This document shows positions 27,305 to 37,441 of a stretch of 64,000 bases of DNA, piece by piece. The notes beneath the pieces are model-generated. The model made no database searches and was not told where the DNA came from. It saw only the letters and a program-made list of their open reading frames with translations. Every line of letters begins with the position of its first letter. Within the stretch, counting starts at the first letter, position 1. This DNA is from Marmoricola sp. (GTDB lineage Bacteria > Actinomycetota > Actinomycetes > Propionibacteriales > Nocardioidaceae). A program made the position numbers and the translations under genes. The stretch covers positions 18,357 through 82,356 of the forward strand of contig JBQCHZ010000015.1 of assembly GCA_051954195.1 (NCBI GenBank), written 5' to 3'.

Positions 27305-27359
27305 CGTCACTTCACAACGGATCGTCCGGCACGTACCTGCCGGTGAAGGGAGCTCAACC
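27305..27359 (+). ncRNA. msiK RNA motif (cis-regulatory leader)
   Basis: ACAACGGATCGT-CCGGCA-CGTACC-TGCCGG-TGAAGGGAG directly upstream of an msiK ATG; matches my recollection of the Rfam msiK motif hairpin and its context. Confidence 0.75.
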
Positions 27360-28439
<1,080 letters not shown>

Positions 28440-28451
28440 CCCGACGACCTC

Positions 28452-28488
28452 GAGGTCCCGTCGCTCCTGCTCGGGGCGGCGGGACCTC
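28452..28488. terminator. Bidirectional stem-loop between convergent msiK and alpha-galactosidase
   Basis: GAGGTCCCGTCGCTCC-TGCTC-GGGGCGGCGGGACCTC, 16-bp stem with G-U pairs. Confidence 0.75.
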
Positions 28489-30604
28489 ATCGCTGTCGCC
28501 GTAGCCGCACCAGCGTCACCGTCTCCGGACGGCGCCGGGGCATCCAGAAGCCGCGCTGCCGCAGCTGGGTGCCGGTGAGGGCGACGCCGCCGGTCGGGCC
28601 CTGCTCGGGCAGCGGCTGGGACATGCTCACCGCGCGGTGGTCGACCGGGCCCTCCCAGGCCAGGTCGTAGGCGGCGGCCTGGTCGAGTCCCGCGACGCGG
28701 ACCTGCACGCCGCGGTTGTGGGCGCTCTCGTCGAGCGCGACGTGCGCCAGCAGCGCCTCGGAGCCGTCGTGGGCGACGACGCCGTGCAGCAGCACGGCCG
28801 GGTCCGAGCTCTCCGGTCGCACCACCCGGCCGCTGTGCAGCAGCGGCCGCAGGTCGCGGTAGCGGCGCACCCAGGCCGCCAGCCGGTCGAGCTCCTCCTC
28901 GCTCGCCCGGGCCAGGTCCCACTCGATGCCGAAGGACCCGAACAGCGCCGTGGCGCAGCGGAAGTCCAGGTCGAAGGTCCGGCCGGTGGCGTGGGAGGTG
29001 GTCGAGGAGACATGGGCGCCGAGGTACTCCGGGGCGACCAGCTGGGTGGTCCACCGCTGGATCTGCTGCCGGGCGAGCGCGTCGGTCATGTCCGAGGTCC
29101 ACACCCGCTGCACCCGCTCGATCACGCCGAGGTCGATCCGCCCGCCGCCGGCGGCGCAGGACTCCCACACCACGTCCGGGAACTCCGCGCGCAGGGTGTC
29201 CAGCAGCCGGTAGTAGGCCCGGGTCTGCTCGTGGACCGCCGGGCGGCCGCCCGCCCGGAGGCTGCCCGCCTCGAGCAGGTCGCGGTTGTGGTCCCACTTG
29301 ACGAAGGCGATCGGGTGGGCGGCGAGGATCGAGGACATCCGCTCGTGCACGTGGTCCCAGGCGGGCTGCCGGGTCAGGTCCAGCACCTGCTGCTGGCGGT
29401 GCATCAGCGGCGCCCGGTCCGGGGAGGGGGCGAGCAGCCAGTCGGGGTGGGCGCGCAGCAGGTCGGAGTCGGGGTTGACCATCTCCGGCTCGAACCACAG
29501 CCCGAAGTCCATGCCGCGCGCCCGGACGTGGTCGATCAGCGGCATCAGGCCCTGTGGCCACACGCCCTCGTCGACCCACCAGTCACCGAGACCGGCGGTG
29601 TCGTCGCGACGGTTGCGGAACCAGCCGTCGTCGAGCACGAACCGCTCGACGCCCACCCGCGCGGCCCGGTCGGCGATGTCGCGGAGCCGGTCGAGGTCGT
29701 GGTCGAAGTAGACGGCCTCCCACACGTTGAGCAGCACCGGCTGCGCCGGCGGGTGCGTGGGCAGGCTGCGCTGCCAGGTGTGCCAGGAGGCGGCCAGGCC
29801 GTCGAGACCGTCCTCGGCGGTGCCGAAGAACACCCACGGCATCCGGTAGCCCTCCCCCGGCCCGAGCACGACCTCGCCGGGGAGCAGCAGCTCGCCGCCG
29901 CCCAGGGTGGTGCCGGCCGCGGCGTCGCGCTCCACGCGCAGCACTGTGTTGCCGCTCCACGCCACGGCGGCGGCGACCACCTCGCCGTGCGTCGTACCGA
30001 AGCCGGGCGTGCCGAGCACCGCCATCGTGGCCGCGTCGAGACCGGGCCGGCCCCCGCGGCCCTCCCGCAGCCACAGCCCGTCGGTGACCGCTCGCCGCTG
30101 GGGGGTGCGCTCGCGCTCGTGGCGGCCGGTGAAGTCCATCGACTCGGTGAGGTGGTCGCCCACCGGCAGGACCAGCTCCAGGCCCTCCAGCAGGTACGGC
30201 GTGCTGCCGGCGTTGGTCACGCTCCACCGACCGCGCAGCGCCCCGCCCGGGAGGGCCTCGAGCTCCAGGACCAGCGCGAGCCGGGCTGCCTCCTCGACCG
30301 CGTCGAGCCGCAGCACCCCGTCGGCCACCGTGCAGGAGCCGGTGGTGAAGCGGGTCGTCCAGGCCGACCCTGACTCCTCGCCCAACCGGTGTCCGCGCAG
30401 GTGCGGCCGGGTGTAGCGCGCGTGTGCGTGCTCCCCCAGCAGCGGCATGCCGGGCGGACCCTCGGCGTGGCCCTCTGCCTCACCCCCGGCCGGTCCGGCG
30501 GCGTGCCCGAACCAGGCGACCCGGGGCAGCCCCGGCTCCGCCGCCCGCAGCTCGAGGGCCGTGTGCGGGGCAGCCGTCAGCGCGGCGGCGTCGGGGAAGC
30601 GCAT
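28487..30604 (-). CDS. Alpha-galactosidase, GH36
   Basis: LNVWEAVYFDHD, ERFVLDDGWF, LGDWWVD, FGLWFEPEMVNPDS, FVKWDHNR, ESCAAGGGRID, WTSDMTDA; ATG 30604 after AGGAG. Confidence 0.93.
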   Translation of the reverse strand: MRFPDAAALTAAPHTALELRAAEPGLPRVAWFGHAAGPAGGEAEGHAEGPPGMPLLGEHAHARYTRPHLRGHRLGEESGSAWTTRFTTGSCTVADGVLRLDAVEEAARLALVLELEALPGGALRGRWSVTNAGSTPYLLEGLELVLPVGDHLTESMDFTGRHERERTPQRRAVTDGLWLREGRGGRPGLDAATMAVLGTPGFGTTHGEVVAAAVAWSGNTVLRVERDAAAGTTLGGGELLLPGEVVLGPGEGYRMPWVFFGTAEDGLDGLAASWHTWQRSLPTHPPAQPVLLNVWEAVYFDHDLDRLRDIADRAARVGVERFVLDDGWFRNRRDDTAGLGDWWVDEGVWPQGLMPLIDHVRARGMDFGLWFEPEMVNPDSDLLRAHPDWLLAPSPDRAPLMHRQQQVLDLTRQPAWDHVHERMSSILAAHPIAFVKWDHNRDLLEAGSLRAGGRPAVHEQTRAYYRLLDTLRAEFPDVVWESCAAGGGRIDLGVIERVQRVWTSDMTDALARQQIQRWTTQLVAPEYLGAHVSSTTSHATGRTFDLDFRCATALFGSFGIEWDLARASEEELDRLAAWVRRYRDLRPLLHSGRVVRPESSDPAVLLHGVVAHDGSEALLAHVALDESAHNRGVQVRVAGLDQAAAYDLAWEGPVDHRAVSMSQPLPEQGPTGGVALTGTQLRQRGFWMPRRRPETVTLVRLRRQR

Positions 30605-30673
30605 CGTCGTACTCCTGGGGCTGAGGTGCGAGGGCGCCGACACGATAGGGGCCGAGCTGGCGGACGACGCGGG

Positions 30674-31597
30674 CTACCCCTTCACGGCTCCGGCGGTCAG
30701 GCCGCGGATGAAGAAGCGCTGCAGCGCCAGGAACACCAGGATCGGCAGGATCATCGTGATGAAACCACCGGCCGTGGTGAGCTCCCAGCCCTGGCCGAGC
30801 TGGCCCTTGAGACCCGTCAGCGCGACGGTGACGGGCTGGTTCTCGCCGGGTCCGATGAAGACCAGTGCGGTGAGCAGGTCGTTCCACACCCACAGGAACT
30901 GGAAGATCGCGAACGAGGCCAGTGCGGGCACCGACATCGGCAGCACCAGCTTGAAGAACGTCTGGTAGTGGCTGGCCCCGTCGATCTTGGCCGACTCGAT
31001 CACGGTCTTGGGCAGCGTGGCCATGTAGTTGCGCAGGATGTAGACCGCCAACGACATCCCGAAGCCGATGTGCGCCAGCCACACCGCCGGGAACCCGCCG
31101 GTGAGCCCGACGCTCTTGTAGAGCTTGAGGATCGGGATGAACGCCACGTAGTTCGGGACCACGAGCATGCTGACGATGAGCAGGAACAGGAAGTCGCGCC
31201 CCTTGAACTCCATGAACGTGAACGCGTAGGCCGCGAACGCCGCGATCAGGATCGGGATGAACGTGGCCGGCAGCGCGATGGCCAGGCTGTTGATGAAGGC
31301 CGCCGCCATGTCGGTCGAGCCGCCGAGCGCAGTCCGGTAGTTCTGCAAGGTGAGGCTGCTCAGCGTCGAGGGGTGGGCGAACACGCTCCACCAGCCGGTG
31401 CTCGCCGCGTCGTCGGTGGTGCGGAACGACGTGATGAGCGTGCCGATGAGCGGGATCAGCCACAGCACGCACAGCACCGCGAGGACGGTGCGGGTCAGCC
31501 AGCCGGCGTTCGCCGGGTTGGCCTCGTTGCGCGAGGTCGCCCGGCGCCGCCGCGCGGTGGGCGTCGCCGCCGCCTGGGTGGTGGTCGCGGTGCTCAT
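30674..31597 (-). CDS. Carbohydrate ABC transporter permease (AglG-like)
   Basis: ESAKIDGASHYQTFFKLVLPMSVPALASFAIFQFLWVWNDLL; ATG 31597 overlaps the upstream stop. Confidence 0.92.
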   Translation of the reverse strand: MSTATTTQAAATPTARRRRATSRNEANPANAGWLTRTVLAVLCVLWLIPLIGTLITSFRTTDDAASTGWWSVFAHPSTLSSLTLQNYRTALGGSTDMAAAFINSLAIALPATFIPILIAAFAAYAFTFMEFKGRDFLFLLIVSMLVVPNYVAFIPILKLYKSVGLTGGFPAVWLAHIGFGMSLAVYILRNYMATLPKTVIESAKIDGASHYQTFFKLVLPMSVPALASFAIFQFLWVWNDLLTALVFIGPGENQPVTVALTGLKGQLGQGWELTTAGGFITMILPILVFLALQRFFIRGLTAGAVKG

Positions 31598-32577
31598 GCG
31601 TTCGCCTCCTCTTGGCGGAAGTGCCGGACCTGGTACCACATGATCGGGATCACGGCGATCATCAGGATCACCACGATCGCCGAGGCGGCCCCGTAGTTGA
31701 AGAACGTGCTGATCTGGTTCCAGAAGTCGTTGCCGAGCACGTTGGTGTTGAAGCTGCCGTTGGTGTTGACGTAGACGATGTCGAAGATCTTCATCACCCC
31801 GATCGTCACGGTGATGAAGACGGTGATGATCGTGCCGCGGATCTGGGGCACCACCACGCGGAAGAAGATCTGCCGCTCGCCGGCACCGTCGATGCGGGCC
31901 GCCTCGATGGTGTCGGTGGGGACGCCCTTGACGGCGGCGGAGAGCAGCACCATCGAGAAGCCGACCTGCGACCAGAGCAGGATCACCATCAGCAGCAGGC
32001 TGTTGAGGTGGAAGTCGCTCTTCTCCAGCCACGGGACCGGGGAGGCTCCGAACGCGCTGCCGATCGCGTTGAGCAGTCCGATCTGGGTCGAGCCCGCGGG
32101 CTTGGCCACGTAGACGAAGCGCCAGATCGTGGCCGCGCCGACCATGCTGATCGCCATCGGCAGGAAGATGATCGTCTTGGTCAGCTTCTCGGCGTTGGGC
32201 CGGAGCCGGTCGGCGAGGGTGGCGACGATCAGGCCCACCACCACGGTCACCGCGGGCACGATGATGATCCACAGCAGCGTGTTGACCAGCGTGTGCTTGA
32301 AGTCCTCGGAGGAGAACAGCCGCTGGTAGTTGTCGAACCCGACCCACTTGCGGCTGAAGTTGTCCTTGAACGAGTTGATCACCGTCAGCACGGCCGGGTA
32401 GATCAGGTAGATCACGATCGCGGCCATCGTGGGCAGGATGTAGAGGTACGGCTTGACCCGGTGCTCCCAGCCTCCGGGGAGCAGCTCGGCGATCTTGTTC
32501 AGCACCCAGTACAGGAGCACCGCCGCGCCGATGCCGATCACGACGGTCAGCAGAGCGGTGAGAGCTTTGGCCAACAT
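31594..32577 (-). CDS. Carbohydrate ABC transporter permease (AglF-like)
   Basis: FLPMAISMVGA, EAARIDGAGERQIFFRVVVPQI, MKIFDIVY. Confidence 0.92.
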   Translation of the reverse strand: MLAKALTALLTVVIGIGAAVLLYWVLNKIAELLPGGWEHRVKPYLYILPTMAAIVIYLIYPAVLTVINSFKDNFSRKWVGFDNYQRLFSSEDFKHTLVNTLLWIIIVPAVTVVVGLIVATLADRLRPNAEKLTKTIIFLPMAISMVGAATIWRFVYVAKPAGSTQIGLLNAIGSAFGASPVPWLEKSDFHLNSLLLMVILLWSQVGFSMVLLSAAVKGVPTDTIEAARIDGAGERQIFFRVVVPQIRGTIITVFITVTIGVMKIFDIVYVNTNGSFNTNVLGNDFWNQISTFFNYGAASAIVVILMIAVIPIMWYQVRHFRQEEANA

Positions 32578-32615
32578 CGGTCGGCCTCCCTTCGGTTCAG
32601 GCGTCCGGTCGAGCG

Positions 32616-32674
32616 GGAGCCGGAGGCTCGGGGGAGGCGCACGCGTGGACGCTGCGCACGCCTCCCCCGGCTCC
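32616..32674 (-). other. Intercistronic stem-loop after the SBP gene (likely mRNA stabiliser / attenuator)
   Basis: GGGGGAGGCG (32630-32639) pairs with CGCCTCCCCC (32659-32668); outer GGAGCC/GGCTCC pair. Confidence 0.6.
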
Positions 32675-32691
32675 GGCCCGTGGGCCGCGGC

Positions 32692-33993
32692 CTAGGAGGC
32701 CGGCCAGGCCTGGTCGATCTGCTTCAGCGCGGTGTTGATGTCCTCCTGGCCGCTGATCCAGGCGGTGAGCTCCTTCCACTCCGCTCCGGCACCGACCTGG
32801 GCCGGCATCGCGTCGGAGGCGTCGAAGAGGAACGACGTGGTGCCGTAGAGCACCTTGGCGATGCTGCGGGTGAGGTCGTTCGGGTACTTCGAGACGTCGA
32901 AGTCCTTGTGCGGGGAGATGAACGAGCTCGTCGGGGCAGCCTCGACGCCGATGTCGGTCTGCGACAGCATCTTCGCGACCATCTCTACGTTCTTGGTGTC
33001 GTTGAGCACCGTCATCATGTCGCCGCCACCCTCGACCGGGTTGTCACCGCCGGCCGTCGCGGGCGGGAAGCCGAAGACGCCGACGCTCTGGTCGAGGTTC
33101 TTCTGCACGTCCTTGGGGAAGAAGCCGGTGATGAACGAGCCCTGGTTGTACATCCAGCAGTTCGGCGGGTTGGTGAACAGCCCGTTGCCCGCGGTGTCGA
33201 AGCCGTTGCTCGTGATGGCGTCCTGACCGCCGTAGGTGTTGCCCTTGGTGAAGAGCAGCTGGGCGAACTCGTCGGCGACCTTGTGCACCTGCGGGGAGTC
33301 GAACTTGATGTCGTGGCTGATCCACTTGTTGTAGGCGTCGGCGCCGAAGTACTTCATGAACAGCGTCTCGAACCAGTCCGTGGCCGGCCAGCCGGTCGCG
33401 GTGTCGGCGCCGATGCCCATGCAGAACGGTGCGGTGCTGCCCTTGGCCTTCATCTTGCCCACGAGCGACTCGAGCTCGGGGATGGAGGCCGGCGCCTTCC
33501 AGCCGGCCTTGGTCCAGGCCGGCTTGTTGTAGAACAGCAGGCCCTTGACGTTGGCGCTGACGAGCAGGCCGTAGAGCTTGCCGTCGATCGTGCCGGCGTC
33601 GAGCGACCCGGGCACCATCGAGGACTTCAGCGAGCTCATGTCGACCATGCTGTCCAGCGGCTTGATCGCGTTGAGCTGCTGCATCTGGGCGACCACGCCG
33701 GGCTGCGGGATGAACGCGATGTCCGGGGTGGAGCCGGCCTGGATCTTGGTGATGATCACCTGGTTGATGTTGGTGACCGTGTCCCACTTGATCTTGACCG
33801 CGGACTTGCCGGCGGCCGCGAGCTTGGCCTTGAGCTCCTTCTCCAGTCCGGCCTTGACCGGCGGGTCGACGCTCGACCAGATCGTCACGGTGTTGCTGTC
33901 GCCACTGCCGGACCCTCCGCTGCCGCAGGCGGTGAGGCCGAGCGAGGCGGCCAGCAGGAGGGACGACGCGAGCGCTGTCCGACGGGTCTTCAT
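32692..33993 (-). CDS. Sugar ABC transporter substrate-binding lipoprotein (AglE-like)
   Basis: Lipobox LGLTAC; PDIAFIPQPG, ANVKGLLFYN, GADTATGWPATDW, FDASDAMPAQVG; ATG 33993. Confidence 0.92.
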   Translation of the reverse strand: MKTRRTALASSLLLAASLGLTACGSGGSGSGDSNTVTIWSSVDPPVKAGLEKELKAKLAAAGKSAVKIKWDTVTNINQVIITKIQAGSTPDIAFIPQPGVVAQMQQLNAIKPLDSMVDMSSLKSSMVPGSLDAGTIDGKLYGLLVSANVKGLLFYNKPAWTKAGWKAPASIPELESLVGKMKAKGSTAPFCMGIGADTATGWPATDWFETLFMKYFGADAYNKWISHDIKFDSPQVHKVADEFAQLLFTKGNTYGGQDAITSNGFDTAGNGLFTNPPNCWMYNQGSFITGFFPKDVQKNLDQSVGVFGFPPATAGGDNPVEGGGDMMTVLNDTKNVEMVAKMLSQTDIGVEAAPTSSFISPHKDFDVSKYPNDLTRSIAKVLYGTTSFLFDASDAMPAQVGAGAEWKELTAWISGQEDINTALKQIDQAWPAS

Positions 33994-34062
33994 GGCTGCT
34001 CCTCGGGGTCGTGGGCTCCGGGGTGGAGGTCCCTTCGCGTCGCACGTGTGAGACACACCACG

Positions 34063-34112
34063 TGCTGAATCGAGTCAGCATGATCTTTGCCACGCGGCCC
34101 GAGCAGTGTCAA
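34063..34112 (-). promoter_or_regulatory. LacI-type operator and promoter of the sugar ABC operon
   Basis: TGCTGAATCGAGTCAGCA (34063-34080), near-perfect palindrome with central CG; on the minus strand TTGACA (34107-34112) and a weak -10 (AAAGAT) place the operator over the expected start site. Confidence 0.7.
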
Positions 34113-34152
34113 GGTATGGCGAGCGGTCGTGATCGAAGTGAGGCACCGGGAG

Positions 34153-35214
34153 ATGACGAGGGTCCGCAAGCCCACCCTGAGCGACGTGGCCGCGCGCGCC
34201 GGCGTGTCCACGACGACCGCCTCCTACATCCTCAACGGCCGCTCGGAGTCGATGCGGATCTCCCCCGAGACCCGCACCCGGGTCCTGGAGGCGATCGAGG
34301 CCCTGGCCTACCGGCCCAACCGCAACGCGCGCAGCCTGCGCACCTCGAAGACCAGCACGATCGGGATCATCACCGACTTCGTCGCCGGCGGGATCTTCTC
34401 CAGCCAGATGCTCTCCGGCGCCAACCTCGCCGCCCGCGCCGCGGACCACCTGCTGGTGATCGGCGAGAGCGAGGGCGACGCCGCCGCGCGGGACCTGCTG
34501 ATCGACGAGATGCTCGACCGTCAGGTCGACGGCATCATCTACGCCACGCGGACGGCGCTGCGCACTCCGCTCCCCCCGCGGCTGCGGGGCACCCGGGTGG
34601 TGATGTTGAACTGCCACGACCCCGCCAGCGACGTCGCGTTCGTGATGCCCGACGACGTCGACGGTGGCCGGCTCGCGGCCCGGATCCTGCTCGACGCCGG
34701 CTACACCGCGGGCATCTCCCTGGTCGGGGAGACGCCGGAGGAGTCGATGGTGGCCGGGCGCCGGCGCATCGCCGGCCTGGAGGAGGTCCTCGGGGCGGCC
34801 GGCGTCACGGTGGTCGACCAGGTCGTCTGCGACTGGGCCCCCGACCCGGCGTACGACGCGGTCGACGCCTGGCTCGCTGCCGGCGCGGTGCCGCAGGCGC
34901 TGATCTGCATGAACGACCGAGCCGCGATCGGCACCTACCAGGCGCTGCGCACCCACGGGCTGTCCGTGCCCGACGACGTCTCCGTGGTGTCGTTCGACGG
35001 ATCCGAGGTGGCATCCTGGGTGCGGCCACGCCTGACCTCCGTCGCCCTGCCGTTCCGCGAGATGGGTGCCCGCGCCGTGCAGCTGCTGCTCGGTGATGCC
35101 GGGGTCCGGGCGGGGCTGGTCCCGATGACGATCCAGGTGGGCGAGTCCGTGCGCACGAGGCGCGGACCGTCCCGCCGACGACCCGAAGGAGGCTCCCGTG
35201 CTCGACCTGCCTGA
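34153..35214 (+). CDS. LacI family transcriptional regulator
   Basis: PTLSDVAARAGVSTTTASYILNG, AYRPNRNARSL, ALICMNDRAAIG, VPDDVSVVSFD, PRLTSV. Confidence 0.95.
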   Translation: MTRVRKPTLSDVAARAGVSTTTASYILNGRSESMRISPETRTRVLEAIEALAYRPNRNARSLRTSKTSTIGIITDFVAGGIFSSQMLSGANLAARAADHLLVIGESEGDAAARDLLIDEMLDRQVDGIIYATRTALRTPLPPRLRGTRVVMLNCHDPASDVAFVMPDDVDGGRLAARILLDAGYTAGISLVGETPEESMVAGRRRIAGLEEVLGAAGVTVVDQVVCDWAPDPAYDAVDAWLAAGAVPQALICMNDRAAIGTYQALRTHGLSVPDDVSVVSFDGSEVASWVRPRLTSVALPFREMGARAVQLLLGDAGVRAGLVPMTIQVGESVRTRRGPSRRRPEGGSRARPA

Positions 35215-36181
35215 GGACTGGGTCTGGGACTTCTGGTGCTGCCGCGACGACGACGGCCGGCACCACGCGTTCTTCCTCAAGGCACCGCGCTCGCTGGGCG
35301 ACCCCGACCTGCGGCACTGGCACGCGACCGCCGGTCACGCCGTCTCCGACGACCTCGTCACCTGGACGCGGCTCCCCGACGCGCTGGACCCACAGCCAGT
35401 GCCGGCCTTCGACGACGCCGCGATCTGGACCGGGTGCGTGGTGCGTGCGCCCGAGGGCGACTGGCGGATGTTCACCACCGGTCTCTCGGCCGACGGAGAC
35501 ATGCGGGTGCAGCGCATCGGGGTGGCGACCTCCGCTGACCTGGTGACCTGGCAGCGCAGCCCCGCCGCGTCGGTCCAGGCTGACCCCCGTTGGTACGCAA
35601 CGGTGGAGACCGGAGCGCGGGAGACGCCGTGGCGCGACCCGTTCGTGCTCCGCGCGGCCGACGGCTGGCACCTGCTCGCCACCGCCCAGGACGTGCAGAC
35701 CGGCGGCGCGGTCATCGCCCACGCCGTGTCCCGCGACCTCGCGACCTGGTCCGTGCGGGCGCCGATCACCCAGCCCAGCAAGCGCTTCGGGCACGCCGAG
35801 GTGGTCTCGGTCGCCGTGGTCGAGGACCGGCCGGTGCTGCTGTTCTCGTGCCTCTCGGACCGGATGGCGCACGACCCGGAGGGGGCCGGCGGGGTGTGGG
35901 CGCTCCCCCTCCCCGCGCTCGACGAGCTCCTCGACGGCGGGCCAGAGACCATGCTCGACCTCGACCGTGCCGTCAGGGTGACGTCCGAGGACCTCTACGT
36001 CGGGCGGCTGGTGCCGGGTGACGACGGGCTCCGGTTCCTCGCCTTCCACCACCGCGACGAGCACGGCGCCTTCGTCGGCGGCATCATCGACCCGCTCGAG
36101 GTCGCCTGGCTGCCGGACGGCTCGGGGCTGCGCCTGGTCGGCGCCCTCCCCCGCTGGCTGCCCTCCGAGCAGCGTCAGTAG
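35198..36181 (+). CDS. GH32-like (clan GH-J) glycoside hydrolase, catalytic propeller only
   Basis: WVWDFW (nucleophile position), GHAVSDDLVTW, FDDAAIWTGCVV, WRDPFV, GHAEVV; 327 aa with no room for the beta-sandwich. Confidence 0.75.
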   Translation: MLDLPEDWVWDFWCCRDDDGRHHAFFLKAPRSLGDPDLRHWHATAGHAVSDDLVTWTRLPDALDPQPVPAFDDAAIWTGCVVRAPEGDWRMFTTGLSADGDMRVQRIGVATSADLVTWQRSPAASVQADPRWYATVETGARETPWRDPFVLRAADGWHLLATAQDVQTGGAVIAHAVSRDLATWSVRAPITQPSKRFGHAEVVSVAVVEDRPVLLFSCLSDRMAHDPEGAGGVWALPLPALDELLDGGPETMLDLDRAVRVTSEDLYVGRLVPGDDGLRFLAFHHRDEHGAFVGGIIDPLEVAWLPDGSGLRLVGALPRWLPSEQRQ

Positions 36182-36588
36182 ACGTCGACGAGCAGCATCC
36201 CGGCACCGAGCAGGAGCACCTCGACCCGGCGACGCTCGCCGTCGAGCTCGGGCCCCTCGCCGAGCACCCCGAGGAGGTGCTCGAAGCCGAGCGCACGGCA
36301 GCCCTCGGCGAGGACGTCGTCGTAGGCCCGGCGGATCGCGTCGATGCGCGCACGGCTGCGCCCGTCGTCGGCGTGCTGGAGCTGGCGGCCCAGCCGCCGG
36401 GCGTCGAGGGCGATCCGCTCGATGGGCCGGCCCGCCGGGACCCGCTCGCCGCCACGCAGTCGGCGCCGGGCCCAGCACGAGCAGCGCCCCAGCAGCGTGA
36501 AGGGCGGGTCGGAGAGGACGTAGAGGACCGCGGCCAGCGTCGCCGCCGGCCCGACCCAGAGCGCGAGGAGCGCCACGCCGGCACCCAC
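36175..36588 (-). CDS. Small hypothetical protein with N-terminal hydrophobic segment
   Basis: GTG 36588 lies 7 nt after TACCGT, with TTGTCG 17 nt further upstream (leaderless promoter); body IERIALDARRL...AYDDVLAEGCRALG. Confidence 0.6.
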   Translation of the reverse strand: MGAGVALLALWVGPAATLAAVLYVLSDPPFTLLGRCSCWARRRLRGGERVPAGRPIERIALDARRLGRQLQHADDGRSRARIDAIRRAYDDVLAEGCRALGFEHLLGVLGEGPELDGERRRVEVLLLGAGMLLVDVY

Positions 36589-36660
36589 CCCGTCGACGGT
36601 AGCCGCGCCGGATAGGCCCGACAAGGAGCCGTCGTGGCCGAAGCTGTGGTGCCCGGAGCT

Positions 36661-37437
36661 CTAGTGGCCGGAGAGGCGGAGGTTGGCCAGGCGCAGCAGC
36701 CAGCTGGGGGTGACCTCGCTGCTCGCGAGCATCGCCTTCGCCTGGCGGCCGACCGCGTGGTGGACGCCGAGAGGGCGACGCCGGGAGCGCAGCTCGGCGA
36801 GCACGGCGTCGGCCACGTCGTCGGCGGTGAGCCGGACGCCGAGGGAGCGGGTCGTGCCGATGTCCATCCCCTCGACCATCCCGGTGTCGACGAACAGCGG
36901 CCACAGCGCGCTCACCCGGATGCCCTGGGGACGCCACTCCAGGTCGAGGGCCTCGGTCAGGCCTCGCACGGCGAACTTCGTCGCCGAGTACGTCGCCAGC
37001 TCGGCCTGGCCGTAGATGGCCGAGGCCGAGCACAGGTTGACCACCCGGGCGCCGGTCGCGCGCGCCAGGTGCGGGTGGGCGGTGTGGCAGCCGTTGAGCA
37101 CGCCGCCGACGTTGACCTCAACGATCAGCCGCTGCCGGGCCAGCGGGATGTCCTCGAAGGGACCCGAGGCGAGGATGCCGGCGTTGTTGACCAGCACGTC
37201 CAGCGCGCCGCCGACCGGATCGGTGAGCTCCGCCAGCCGCTGCTCCCACTCCGCGGCGTCGGTGACGTCGAGCCTGCCGGTGACGAGCCGGTCGGTGCTC
37301 TGCTCGGCCGCCAGGCTCGCGAGCCCCGCCTCGTCGACGTCGTAGGCCCCGACGCGGTAGCCCGCGGCGAGCAGGCGGCGCGCCGTCGCGCGGCCGATGC
37401 CCGCCGCAGCGCCGGTGATCATCACGGACTCAGTCAT
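36661..37437 (-). CDS. SDR family oxidoreductase
   Basis: ITGAAAGIG, LVNNAG, CSAS, YSATKFAVRGLTEAL. Confidence 0.9.
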   Translation of the reverse strand: MTESVMITGAAAGIGRATARRLLAAGYRVGAYDVDEAGLASLAAEQSTDRLVTGRLDVTDAAEWEQRLAELTDPVGGALDVLVNNAGILASGPFEDIPLARQRLIVEVNVGGVLNGCHTAHPHLARATGARVVNLCSASAIYGQAELATYSATKFAVRGLTEALDLEWRPQGIRVSALWPLFVDTGMVEGMDIGTTRSLGVRLTADDVADAVLAELRSRRRPLGVHHAVGRQAKAMLASSEVTPSWLLRLANLRLSGH

Positions 37438-37441
37438 GGGC

